A stretch of DNA of 63,893 nt, counting the filler, from Thraustochytrium aureum (taxonomy: Eukaryota): the NCBI GenBank assembly GCA_012862495.1. It is 11 parts of 7 records of this genome, joined end to end, with 100 filler letters (N's around TTAATTAATTAA, not from the genome) between each part and the next. Parts side by side here need not be neighbours in the genome. Positions count along the whole stretch, not along the records: positions 22,851 to 36,670 come from BLSG01000149.1; positions 36,771 to 38,623 come from BLSG01000150.1; positions 38,724 to 40,551 come from BLSG01000150.1; positions 40,652 to 41,956 come from BLSG01000150.1; positions 42,057 to 59,846 come from BLSG01000150.1; 6 more parts are not named here. One strand, written 5' to 3'. Below, piece after piece: positions 34,136-46,799 of the stretch. How positions within the stretch are numbered: the first letter of the stretch is position 1; the number at the start of each line of letters is the position of its first letter. The notes beneath the pieces are model-generated. The model saw only the letters and a list, made by a program, of their open reading frames with translations, was not told the DNA's origin and made no database searches. A program made the position numbers and the translations under genes.

Positions 34136-36494
34136 CTACTCGGAGCCCTTCTTGCCAGTGTTGCGCTTGATGTAGTTTGCCACGGCCTTGACCGACTTGT
34201 CGGCCGCTTTGAGGCCAGCCGCAAGCGCTGAGTAGGTCGACTCTACAATGGGGTCCACAGCCTGCTTGAGCGCGCTGGGGTGCACGAGAAACTCGCCCTC
34301 GGCAGCACCCGGGGCCGGCGCCACAATGTCTGCTGCGAGCTCGGAGGCTGAGGAGTAGGTCTTGTCGCCAGCAGCCGTTGTGATCTGCAGCGAGGCCCCG
34401 CGGGCAAAAGCGAGGTGCTCTGCCAGATGAAGCACGGGGCTAAACTGAGCCGTTGCCGGGCTCGCAAAACGCCTGNNNNNNNNNNNNNNNNNNNNNNNNN
34501 NNNNNNNNNNNNNNNNNNNNNNNNNNNNNNNNNNNNNNNNNNNNNNNNNNNNNNNNNNNNNNNNNNNNNNNNNNNNNNNNNNNNNNNNNNNNNNNNNNNN
34601 NNNNNNNNNNNNNNNNNNNNNNNNNNNNNNNNNNNNNNNNNNNNNNNNNNNNNNNNNNNNNNNNNNNNNNNNNNNNNNNNNNNNNNNNNNNNNNNNNNNN
34701 NNNNNNNNNNNNNNNNNNNNNNNNNNNNNNNNNNNNNNNNNNNNNNNNNNNNNNNNNNNNNNNNNNNNNNNNNNNNNNNNNNNNNNNNNNNNNNNNNNNN
34801 NNNNNNNNNNNNNNNNNNNNNNNNNNNNNNNNNNNNNNNNNNNNNNNNNNNNNNNNNNNNNNNNNNNNNNNNNNNNNNNNNNNNNNNNNNNNNNNNNNNN
34901 NNNNNNNNNNNNNNNNNNNNNNNNNNNNNNNNNNNNNNNNNNNNNNNNNNNNNNNNNNNNNNNNNNNNNNNNNNNNNNNNNNNNNNNNNNNNNNNNNNNN
35001 NNNNNNNNNNNNNNNNNNNNNNNNNNNNNNNNNNNNNNNNNNNNNNNNNNNNNNNNNNNNNNNNNNNAGCGACAGCACGGTCCCGAGCGACAGCGCCGGC
35101 GACGTGGGGCAGGGCGCAATGACAGCGACGCGGCCGCCAGGGGCGCCAAGCAAGGTGGAGCGCTTGAGGCGGCTGGGCGGCTTGGCCTCCTCGCGCTTGT
35201 ACTGGCGCACGAGCTCGAGGACCTGCTTTGCGTGCGGGTCGTTGGCAAAGTGGTCGCGCACAGGCTGCATGATTGCATTGATGCTCACGGCAAGGCCCTT
35301 TTTGAGGGCCTCCTCCGAAAGGCTGCCACCCAAAAACGCTTCGCGGACCTCCTCGAACGTGGGGAACTCGCGGCCGTCGGCCTTGAACACAGCGCCCGGT
35401 TGCGACATTACGATGTGCTGCACGTAGTCAAGGCACGGGTTTTCAAGGTCGTCTTGCACCAGCGAGAGGGACTCGGCCCCATTCGACGGGGCAGCGTTCG
35501 CACTCGGTGTGCGTGGGCAGTACGCCTTGTTCATCTTGCGCTCCACCTCGCTAACAGGGTCCTCCATGAAAATGGCGCTGTCGGGGTTGCTCTTGGACAT
35601 CTTGGCCTGCCCCTCCGCGAGGCCGTACAGCATGTGGTGCGAGAGGATGACTGGCTTGAGCTTGCGCCCGATCGCGTCGCAGTATTCGCGCGCGAGCATG
35701 TTGACCTTGCGCTGGTCAACCCCGAGCTGGCAGATGTCGGCCTTGAGGAAGAAAATGTCTGTGCACTGCATCAGCGGGTACAGCACTTGAGCCGCAGTGA
35801 GTGTGTTCTCGAGCCGGCCCATGATCTGGCAGCACTTTTTGATGCGCGTAATCGTGAACCGCTTCGAGATGTCGAGCATCTGGTTCCAGTACGGCTCTGC
35901 GTTGTTGATGATGTCGTCCGAGGCCCAGCGGAACTCGACCTTGCCGAGGTCCATCCCAGCGCCCTTCCAGACTTCGATAAAGTATTGTCCGACGACCTTG
36001 ATCTTTTCCAGGTCGCCGCCCATTTTGTCGTTCATCAGCGCGAACCAGTCTGCGACCCAAAACACAAAAGTTCCGCCGGCAGACGTGCATTTGTTCACGT
36101 TGAGGGCCTTGAAGATGCCTTGGGCGATGTGCATTCGTCCGCTCGGCTCAAACCCGTCGTAGAGGCGGAACTCGGCTTTCTTCGACAGAAGCTGCTGCAG
36201 GTCGGCCTCTGTCACGCACTCTTCGCCGACGCTATGGATCAGCTTGAACCGTCGCTCGACCTCTTTGCTGTCCAACCCGTCCGCCACCGGCGCGACCTTG
36301 GCGTCGCTGCTCTCCTTCTTTGGCGCCTCCTTCTTTGGCGCCTCCTTCTTTGGCGCCTCTTTCTTTGGCGCCTCCTTCTTGGCTCCACCCGCCTTGGCGG
36401 GGCGGGCGGGCTTCGCGTCCTCTACGCCAGCCTGCGCCCGCGCCGTCGCCGCGAACATCTCGAGCGCCGTGGCGCCTTCGTCGAGCCTGCCCAT
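34136..36494 (-). CDS. Tyrosyl-tRNA synthetase, cytosolic plant/protist type, with long C-terminal extension (spans gap 34476-35067)
   Basis: YDGFEPSGRMHIAQG, YPLMQCTD, LGVDQRKVNMLAREY and AKMSKS; N-terminal (KKEAP)x4. Confidence 0.95.
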
Positions 36495-36770
36495 CCTCGT
36501 CGCGCTGCCTTCCTCCTCCTCCTGCTGCTGCTGCGCTCACTGCTGCTGCGCTGACTGCTGCTGCGCTGACTGCTGCTGCACTGCTGCTCGCGTTGCTGCA
36601 GCGTTGCGCTGCTCCAACACTTTCGTTCGCCGCACGATGCGCGACAGCCTAACCCGACCCGCTGTTGCTGNNNNNNNNNNNNNNNNNNNNNNNNNNNNNN
36701 NNNNNNNNNNNNNNTTAATTAATTAANNNNNNNNNNNNNNNNNNNNNNNNNNNNNNNNNNNNNNNNNNNN

Positions 36771-38510
36771 GCTCTGCAGGGGCCGCGCTGTCGGCGCTGG
36801 GCACGACAGGCTGCGGCGTCTCTGACACGGCTTGTGCAGGCTCGATGCCCCCACCTGGTGGCCCGGCAGCGCAGCACTTTGCGCGGCTGCTTCCAGGGCA
36901 GCCGCGCCAGAACCGGAAGCAGCCGCGCCAGAACCGCAAGCAGCCGCGCCAGAAGAGGTGTCCGACTGGGCTTGGTCTGCGCCTTGAGACGGACTGCTAG
37001 TGGTCTCAGCACCTGCTGCAGCACCCCCGGGCGCCTCTTGGCGAGCCGAGGCCTGCGCGGCGGCGCGCCACTTCGATGCGAAAAGCGAGCCCGCGGCCAG
37101 CCCCCCGCTCGACTTGGCCAGGTCAACTTCGTCGCTGTTCGAGCCGTTTTGCGCGCTTTCCTCCTCGTCGCCGTCGCCACTGCCGTCAGCATCGCCGTCC
37201 TGCGCAGCGGCGAGATTGTTGCGGCGGCTGGACCCAAGAATCTTGAAGCGTAGCGCAGCCTTCCAGGTGTTGCGCAACAACGAGACTTTCCGCTTGGCGT
37301 TCCAGTCCTTGAGCTCGACGAGCATCGAAGTGATGTCGCGATCCACCGTCTCGGTGAGAAAGTTGTGCTTGAGGAGCTGCTGGATGGTGGCCCGCTCGTC
37401 TGGCGCGGCCTTGAGCATGCTGCTGACAAAGTCCTTGGCCTGGTCACTCACCGGGTCCCACCATGGGCTGTCAAAGACATAGTCGGCGTGGCGGATCTGG
37501 CGATAGAGCGCCTTGCGATCACCCTTGCGAAACGGCGGGTAACCGCAGAGGAGGATGTAGGCGACGACACCGAGCGACCAAATGTCGACGCGGTGGTCGT
37601 AGGATTCCTTTATCAAGATCTCGGGGGCAACGTAGCCCGGGGTCCCGCACGCCGTCTGCAGCATCGTGTAGCTGTCGTAGTCGACCTTTTTCGCAAACCC
37701 AAAGTCGGCCAGCTTGATGTCGGCATCGTTGTCCTTGCTTGCCAGCAGAATGTTCTCGGGCTTGATGTCGCGGTGCACGATCTGCCGATCGTGGCAGTAC
37801 CCGATGGTCTCCAGGAGCGTGCGCATCACTACGCGCACGTCTTGCTCGTTAAAGTACTCGCGCTCCACGATGCGGTCGAACAGCTCGCCGCCGGGCAAGT
37901 ACTCGGTCACGATAAAGAGCTTGGAGCTGTCCTCAAAGTGCTCGACATACCTGATCACGTGCGGGTGGTTAATCGAGGCCAAGATCGCCGTCTCGCGGTG
38001 CAGGTTTGCCAGCTCGGAGGGCTTGAGCCGCTTCTTGAATACCACCTTGATCGCAACTTGTACGCCCTCCTCGTTTTCAGCAAGATAGACGCGCGAGTAA
38101 GACCCGCGGCCAAGCTGCTTGATGATCTTGTACCGGTGGTGGTCCGCGCCGTCCTTGCAAGAGACGATCTCGTGCCCGCCGACGCTGCTTCGCCGCTCTC
38201 TCCCCGACCCGCTGCTCGTGGACCGGGCCCGAGCACGATCCTCGCCCGCCGTTGCCTCTTCGCCACTGTCTGCGGCGCTCAGTAACCCAATCTGCTGCGC
38301 GTGCGCTTTACTTGGAGCGCCGCCCTGTTGCGCCCCCGCGCCAGGATCGCCAGCGCCAGCGGGGCAAGTCATATCACTCCCATCGCCTTGCGTGGAAGAG
38401 ATGTCAAGCGTGTCCCGCTCGAGCACTTGGGCAAGTCCCTCATGGAACCTTTCCGTTGCCGCCGCTTCACCGGGCCTTGCCAAGCACCGCGAACTCGAGC
38501 AAATGCCCAT
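36771..38510 (-). CDS. CAMK-group Ser/Thr protein kinase with N-terminal MGICSSS motif (3' end truncated at spacer)
   Basis: LGRGSYSRV, AIK, HRDIKPEN, DFG, TACGTPGYVAPE and DIWSLGV..LLCGYPPF. Confidence 0.95.
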
Positions 38511-38856
38511 CCTCTACCTGCTCGCGCCGTCCCCAGCGCCCGCGACGCTTGTCGCCCACCGCCTTGTACGTCTTCGCCAAGCCCACCACCTCACGCAGCG
38601 CGCTCAGCTCCACAACCGACACGNNNNNNNNNNNNNNNNNNNNNNNNNNNNNNNNNNNNNNNNNNNNTTAATTAATTAANNNNNNNNNNNNNNNNNNNNN
38701 NNNNNNNNNNNNNNNNNNNNNNNACCATCTCGACGCCGTTGCTGGTCCCCCGGGGTCGGGTCCAGCGCGAGCAGCGAAGGCGCCTACACGACGTGGGCAA
38801 ACGGGGCTCCGTTTTCGTCGTCGGCGCCGTCCAGCGCGCCACGCTTCGACGCAGTC

Positions 38857-39126
38857 ATGTTTGAAGAAACCTCGGACAGCGACGACGACTTGCTCAGAGG
38901 CAACGAGCCAAGCATGCATCGCAAACTGTCGTCCAACCTTCTCATTTCTGGAGCATCGAAGAGCAGGTACAGCCAGCCTCTCGCAGCGTGGAACGAGGCC
39001 CTGTATGGGACTGGGGAGCGAAACGCAAGCGGGGAGAGCCCCTCGGCGGGGCGCCAGCCAGCTCCTGCGCCTCGTCAGAATGAAGGCCGCGCCGCAGGGA
39101 CGATCGGGCAAGTCGAGCAAAGATAG
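38857..39126 (+). CDS. Probable 3' fragment of an unidentified gene
   Basis: Short ORF near a contig start with protein-like composition; no motif recognised. Confidence 0.3.
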   Translation: MFEETSDSDDDLLRGNEPSMHRKLSSNLLISGASKSRYSQPLAAWNEALYGTGERNASGESPSAGRQPAPAPRQNEGRAAGTIGQVEQR

Positions 39127-39390
39127 CACGGCATGCGTCAGTAGTAGAGAACAAGGGCTGGCTCCTCCCTGCTCGCAGGGGCCAACGGCGCTGCCTTTGG
39201 CCACACTCGCGTGGCGCGTCCTGCAAAGCCAGCCACGCCCTCTGGCTAGCTTTCGCGCGCGCCGACCGGGGCAAGAGGGCGGGCGGCCCTGTCCCCAAAG
39301 GCAATGTCGTCACCGTTAGTACGAAAACACTTACAACAAGCATTTAGAGTACTCTAGCTAGTAGCTCTCTCGAGGTATTCAAGTTGCGCG

Positions 39391-40551
39391 TCAAGGAGCC
39401 GCAGGCGCTGGCCTCGGCCAGACGATGCTCGGCTCGCTCGCCGCAACTGTGTCAGGGCTCACAAATACCTTGGCCTTGTCGACAGGCGAGGGCCGGGCAA
39501 ACACAAAGCGGAGCTCGTCCTGCCGAGCAACAAGATCGCAAAGCGTGGCAAACGCTCGGCCCCCTGCGCGCACCGTGCCATCCTCGGCAAACGTGGCGAG
39601 AATCGAGCGGCACTCGCCCTGGACGACGACATAGTCTATCGCAAGAGCCCCATGCACGGTCTCGCTGAACCGCAGCGCGAAAACACCCGGGCTCTGTTTA
39701 GCAAGCCGCCCCCATGCCCCGGCGCGGCTGTCAAACCAGATAAGTGGAAGTCCACCGCCAACCCGCATGGCCCAAATCGGCGCCCGGCTTGCCCGAGACA
39801 ACCCTTGCGCGACTCCCTCGGTCGACACCCGACACTCCCCGAGCCGCCCGGCCGTAGCCACCGCGGCACACCACCAGGGCCAGAAGCGAGCTGCAAAGCG
39901 CGAGAGCGAGGCCAGCTTGGCATTGCCCGGGACCGCAGGCGACACACGCGCGAGCTTGCCCGCCACCGTTTCGGCCGTGCTGGCGCTTAGAGGGCGAGCC
40001 AGCGACCCGGGAACGCCCGCGCGAGAAAAGTGCTCGCGCAGGCGAGAGCGAAAGGTGGCCATGTCGGCGTACGTCGGCGTCTTCGCAGACCGCACGCAGG
40101 ACCGCCAAAATTCGACCCCGGCGCGCGCCGCGCTCGAGTCGCTCACTGAAAGGGTCAGTAAATGCTCAAGGTCGCTGAAGACGCGCTCGTCGGCGGTCCT
40201 GCGCGCAGAGCCGACAATCCAGCGAAGATCCGCGTGCCCTTGGCCGAGCAGGCGGCCCACCTGCTTGAGCGAGCTTGGCAGGCAGAGCTCTTGTTGCTGC
40301 ATGCGGTCAAGAAGGTTGGCGAGGAGGTGCTGGTTGGTCGAGGGCGGGGCGTGCAGGGCGAGCACGGCGGCGCCGACCGCGGAGGTCAGGCCTTCCAGCC
40401 TCACGTTTCTGAAGTTTTGCATGTCCGAGAACGGAAGAAAGTGCGTTGACACGCAGAGCACCGTGAGCCGCAAGCGGTCGGTGAGGGCTGTCAAGATGCT
40501 TGAAAAGAAGGCGTTTGCCGCCGCGACCCCCTCGCACCCGTCCAGCAAAAG
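39391..40551 (-). CDS. SH2-domain (STAT-like) protein with upstream STAND/NB-ARC-like region (5' truncated)
   Basis: FDSRAGA..LAKQSPGVFALRFSETVHGALAIDYV (SH2 core), FWPWW linker motif and DKAKVF. N-terminal part has LLLDGCE, LCVST, VRLEGL and CLPSSL. Confidence 0.7.
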   Translation of the reverse strand, partial: LLLDGCEGVAAANAFFSSILTALTDRLRLTVLCVSTHFLPFSDMQNFRNVRLEGLTSAVGAAVLALHAPPSTNQHLLANLLDRMQQQELCLPSSLKQVGRLLGQGHADLRWIVGSARRTADERVFSDLEHLLTLSVSDSSAARAGVEFWRSCVRSAKTPTYADMATFRSRLREHFSRAGVPGSLARPLSASTAETVAGKLARVSPAVPGNAKLASLSRFAARFWPWWCAAVATAGRLGECRVSTEGVAQGLSRASRAPIWAMRVGGGLPLIWFDSRAGAWGRLAKQSPGVFALRFSETVHGALAIDYVVVQGECRSILATFAEDGTVRAGGRAFATLCDLVARQDELRFVFARPSPVDKAKVFVSPDTVAASEPSIVWPRPAPAAP

Positions 40552-40651
40552 NNNNNNNNNNNNNNNNNNNNNNNNNNNNNNNNNNNNNNNNNNNNTTAAT
40601 TAATTAANNNNNNNNNNNNNNNNNNNNNNNNNNNNNNNNNNNNNNNNNNNN

Positions 40652-41674
40652 GATGGCCTTTAAGGTGAGCTCGTCGCCCCAGGTCCGCGGCCGCAGCATC
40701 TCGTGCAAGTACCGGTCAAAGTCGGCGGCAGACTCAAAGAAGACGCGGAACATGTCAGAGTGCTCCTTCATGAAGCTCACCGCGCGCGCGCGCACATAGT
40801 CGTGGTGCTGCTGCGTGCCAAAGAGCTCGTAGCTGATCGAGCGGAACTGGCAGTTGCCGTCGCCCTCCATGACAAGCTCGCCAAGACCGTAGTTTGCCAG
40901 CCGCTGCTGCAACAGGTTGGTCTCGCTCGGCCGCCGCAGCGCCTCCACCACACCGTCGCTGTTGGCTCGAGTAGCAGTCGGCGGCGGAAGATCGCGGTCG
41001 TTCTCGCTGTTCGACAAAGGCCTGGCGCTGTTATTCGCGACGCGGACTTTGACTGCGCGCGCGCGTTCTCGCATTCGGTTGAGCGCGCGGATGGTGCGCG
41101 GGTCCCACTGCAGCGTCTTGCACGGCGACAGGCGCTCGAGTATCTTGGCATTGTGAATTGACCGCTCAACGAACGCGGGGACCTTGAAGGAGCTCTTGCG
41201 AGGCGCCCCCGCACGCTCCGTCGTTGCGGCCGCGCGTTTTGCCGTCGTCACGGTTCCTCGCCGCTGGACGAGCCGTCTGAGGCGATAGTCTCGGATCAGA
41301 AACTTGATGGCTGCGAGCTCATTATACTGCGTAGCACGAAGGGCGCGTATGCTGTCCGGCTGCGAGAACCCAAGGCTGCACAGCGCCTTGATCTCCTTGT
41401 CGTGCAGTGGCTTGCGAATCTTGTCACTAAACGTCGAGGGCCGGGTCGGGCTTTGCCGGAGCGCCTCTGCTACCTCTTTTCCCAAGGCACGAACCAGTGC
41501 GCTCTCCTCGTTGCCATGTGCGCTGATGAGGTTGAGTGCCTCCTGATTGTCGCAGCAGAGTTCGTCCTGGAGCACGTGAAACAGCTTTGACCGCTGTTTC
41601 AGCTCCTCCTCTGCCGACACCTCAACGGCCTCTGCGCCGGCCGGCTTGGCCGACCCGGCCGCGGAGTTGCCCAT
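40652..41674 (-). CDS. UBA + OTU-domain deubiquitinase (3' truncated)
   Basis: LCSLGFSQPDSIRALRATQYNELAAIKFL (UBA) and MEGDGNCQFRSIS..WGDELTL (OTU); N-terminus MGNS. Confidence 0.88.
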
Positions 41675-42056
41675 GCGCTTCCTTTGGACCTTGAGCGCCG
41701 CGCGGCGCCAGCGTAGCGCCGGTGAGCGGTCGCGGGCGCGTCGCACTCACTCGCTCGGAGCTGAATCCCAGGTTGAGCTAGTTAGCTGCGTTTCCAACCG
41801 ATCGACGGGCTCGTCGAAGGATTCCGGCCGTCCACGTCGCCCGTGGCTCAGCCGCTCGCGGTTCGGCCAGCTGCGTCTCCTGCCCCGCCTGCCTGCCTGC
41901 CCGCCTGCCTGCCTGCCTGGTTGGCTCTGCGGTGGCGGCCTTGCGCTCTGCAGCCTNNNNNNNNNNNNNNNNNNNNNNNNNNNNNNNNNNNNNNNNNNNN
42001 TTAATTAATTAANNNNNNNNNNNNNNNNNNNNNNNNNNNNNNNNNNNNNNNNNNNN

Positions 42057-43019
42057 CGGCGCAGCCGGGCCGCCACTCCCGTCGGCGCGAACGGGCCGCG
42101 GCGGTCTTTTGTCGTTGATGTTGCGCACTTTGACCGCGCTGCGTGGTTGCGCTGGCGTGTAGCCAACAGGAGCGTCCGTGACGAGCAACACGACTGTGGT
42201 CGGCACATTTCGCAAGTGCGTGATAACTTGCTTGAAAGACCAGTCGTCGACGCGCTGGCCTTGAATGCCGATGATGCGGTCCCCCACCTTGAGCCCCTTC
42301 GTGCGCGCCGCTGCGCCGTTCTCCTCAATGCTCCTGATCAGCACGCACCGCGTCTTTTTGTCCCAGCCGAGGGTCATACCCACCCCCGTCGTGCCTTTCA
42401 GCAGGTCTACGACCCTCTCGCCGCCGCGTGCAGCCTGCTTGCTCTTGCGGCGCGCGGCGGCGACCTCCTGCTTGGTCTTGCTCATTGGGAGGAAGTCGAG
42501 CCCAGCCTTGACGTGCACGCTCTTCACGAGCGAGTTGGACTTTACCAGCAGGCTCATGGTCGCAGGAGCCTGCTCTATGCCCACGGAGAACTTGCTCGCG
42601 TGCAAGGGGGCCTTTTTGTCGACAGTAAAATCTTCGTTGAGCAGGACTGTGCGTCCGTCCTCCGCGGTCACGGTGGCTTTCACGACGGCGTGCCGCACTC
42701 CTGTGATGGACGAAGTCAGGTCGGGGACCTCGACTGCGAGCGTGTAGTCGCCTGCCATCAGGCCCTGGTGCGAGCCGTTTCCGTCCGTCGCCGACGACAT
42801 GGAGCGCAAATGGAACTCTTTGCTCCAAATCCGCTCGGGCTTGCGCGGCTGGAGCATGGGTTTGCCGCCCTGCACAACGACCTCGAACCCGCTCTCGATG
42901 AGGCGGTAGTACATTTGCTGCGTCTCCAGGGACGCGAAGAAGAGACCATCGCTCTCGGCGTAGGCCTCCGACTTCTTGACTGGCTTCTGGTCCACGGGGT
43001 CATACACGATCATATCCAT
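42057..43019 (-). CDS. PDZ-domain protein (3' truncated)
   Basis: LLKGTTGVGMTL..IRSIEENGAAAR..LKVGDRIIGIQGQRV..VITHLR PDZ signature. Confidence 0.85.
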
Positions 43020-44051
43020 CTCGCCGTCGTCCCAGCGGCGCGCCCGCCGCCTGCTCCCTCCCCCCAAGCGCGATCACCCAGCCCTCCCGCAGCCCTTCGG
43101 CCGCCGCGGCGTCCCGTATCGCGTGCGGAGTGGCAGGCAGGCCTTCGCGAGTTGGCCACTGCCGCCGTTCAGCCGGTCAACCAATCGACCGACCGACCGA
43201 CCGATACCACCGCGCGACGGCCGAGCGCCCGACGCCCTGCCACCGCCTCGGCCGATNNNNNNNNNNNNNNNNNNNNNNNNNNNNNNNNNNNNNNNNNNNN
43301 NNNNNNNNNNNNNNNNNNNNNNNNNNNNNNNNNNNNNNNNNNNNNNNNNNNNNNNNNNNNNNNNNNNNNNNNNNNNNNNNNNNNNNNNNNNNNNNNNNNN
43401 NNNNNNNNNNNNNNNNNNNNNNNNNNNNNNNNNNNNNNNNNNNNNNNNNNNNNNNNNNNNNNNNNNNNNNNNNNNNNNNNNNNNNNNNNNNNNNNNNNNN
43501 NNNNNNNNNNNNNNNNNNNNNNNNNNNNNNNNNNNNNNNNNNNNNNNNNNNNNNNNNNNNNNNNNNNNNNNNNNNNNNNNNNNNNNNNNNNNNNNNNNNN
43601 NNNNNNNNNNNNNNNNNNNNNNNNNNNNNNNNNNNNNNNNNNNNNNNNNNNNNNNNNNNNNNNNNNNNNNNNNNNNNNNNNNNNNNNNNNNNNNNNNNNN
43701 NNNNNNNNNNNNNNNNNNNNNNNNNNNNNNNNNNNNNNNNNNNNNNNNNNNNNNNNNNNNNNNNNNNNNNNNNNNNNNNNNNNNNNNNNNNNNNNNNNNN
43801 NNNNNNNNNNNNNNNNNNNNNNNNNNNNNNNNNNNNNNNNNNNNNNNNNNNNNNNNNNNNNNNNNNNNNNNNNNNNNNNNNNNNNNNNNNNNNNNNNNNN
43901 NNNNNNNNNNNNNNNNNNNNNNNNNNNNNNNNNNNNNNNNNNNNNNNNNNNNNNNNNNNNNNNNNNNNNNNNNNNNNNNNNNNNNNNNNNNNNNNNNNNN
44001 NNNNNNNNNNNNNNNNNNNNNNNNNNNNNNNNNNNNNNNNNNNNNNNNNNN

Positions 44052-45620
<1,569 letters not shown>

Positions 45621-46538
45621 TTTGAATGCAACTCGGCAAGTTCAAACCCTTCGCTATACACTGTCTTTCTCGGTGCGTTTCCTTGCGTGCTTTCGAACGA
45701 ACAAGTGCTGCTCCAGCGCGTCCGTTCCACAGCGCCGGTCTTTCAACAGCAACCACCAGCAGCAAGCGCGCTTGCCGCACTGGCCTGGCGCAACGTGATG
45801 ACCTCTGCAACAAGCCCGCGCAAGCGGCGCTTCATGACCGCTCATTGCTGCCTCTAAAGGCGGAGCATGTAGGGCCGCGGCGCTAGCGGCGCGAGCGTCG
45901 GGCCCGCAGCGTCGGGGCGTCCACCCCGTCGGATCCTCCTTGATCGATCCCGACAGCCGTGCTCTGGGTCGAGTGATGACTCTTGCCTTTCGAAACCCGG
46001 TAATTGGCGACTCGGGCAATTCCCCGTTCACCCCGTCGCGAACGACGAAAGCAGTTTCCTCTGGCAGAACAGGGTCCGCAGCGCCAGCTCGGCGCTTGCG
46101 TCGATGCTTGCGCCTCGAAGCGACTTGTCATCGCGCAAGGCTTGAGTCCAAAGAAAGAAAGAGAATGAACCTACTCGCGATACTCGAGTACTCTGCTCCT
46201 CCACACTGTTGGTTGCACGTCGTGCGGGTGGGCCGACCCATCTCCCGAACGACCGGCTGGCCTAGCCGACCGAGCTGTTGAGCTGTTGAGGTGCTGCTCT
46301 TCCGGAAGAACGAACTCGCACGACGCGCATGTGCGGGCCACCTTGTTCGCGCCTCGAGACGCGCGCTTGGAGCAAGACCGTTCCTTGAAGGTGCATGCTT
46401 GCTGTTCGGCACGAATTTGTCCGTCTTGCTTCGCGCGTTTGCGTTGCAAGCAGACAGTCGCGAAACGAGCAACACAAGACGGACCAACAACCAATCGACC
46501 AGGGCCGCGAGGCGCGTGGGTTCTCAGCTCGAGGCAGG

Positions 46539-46799
46539 ATGGCAGCTGCGGTGCAAGCCGCGCCGGTGCTGGGGAATGTGGCCTGGGAGGCGGCGCCAAT
46601 CCGGGCGGAGCCCAAATTGGCCGGACGGACGCGGACGGAACGGCGCAGCATTCAATTCAACGAACGAGTTCGCGTGTTTGTTTACACGCTGAGCGGAGAG
46701 GAGAAGCAGCGGAAGCGCCTCGCTGCTCGCGCCGCAGCACGGCAGCCTGGGCGGCTCGTCTCGGCATCACTACGCGTCTCAAACAAGCGCCCCAGGTGA
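46539..46799 (+). CDS. Possible small basic protein with an RVxF-like motif
   Basis: ATG-initiated 86-aa ORF containing RRSIQFNERVRVF. Confidence 0.35.
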   Translation: MAAAVQAAPVLGNVAWEAAPIRAEPKLAGRTRTERRSIQFNERVRVFVYTLSGEEKQRKRLAARAAARQPGRLVSASLRVSNKRPR

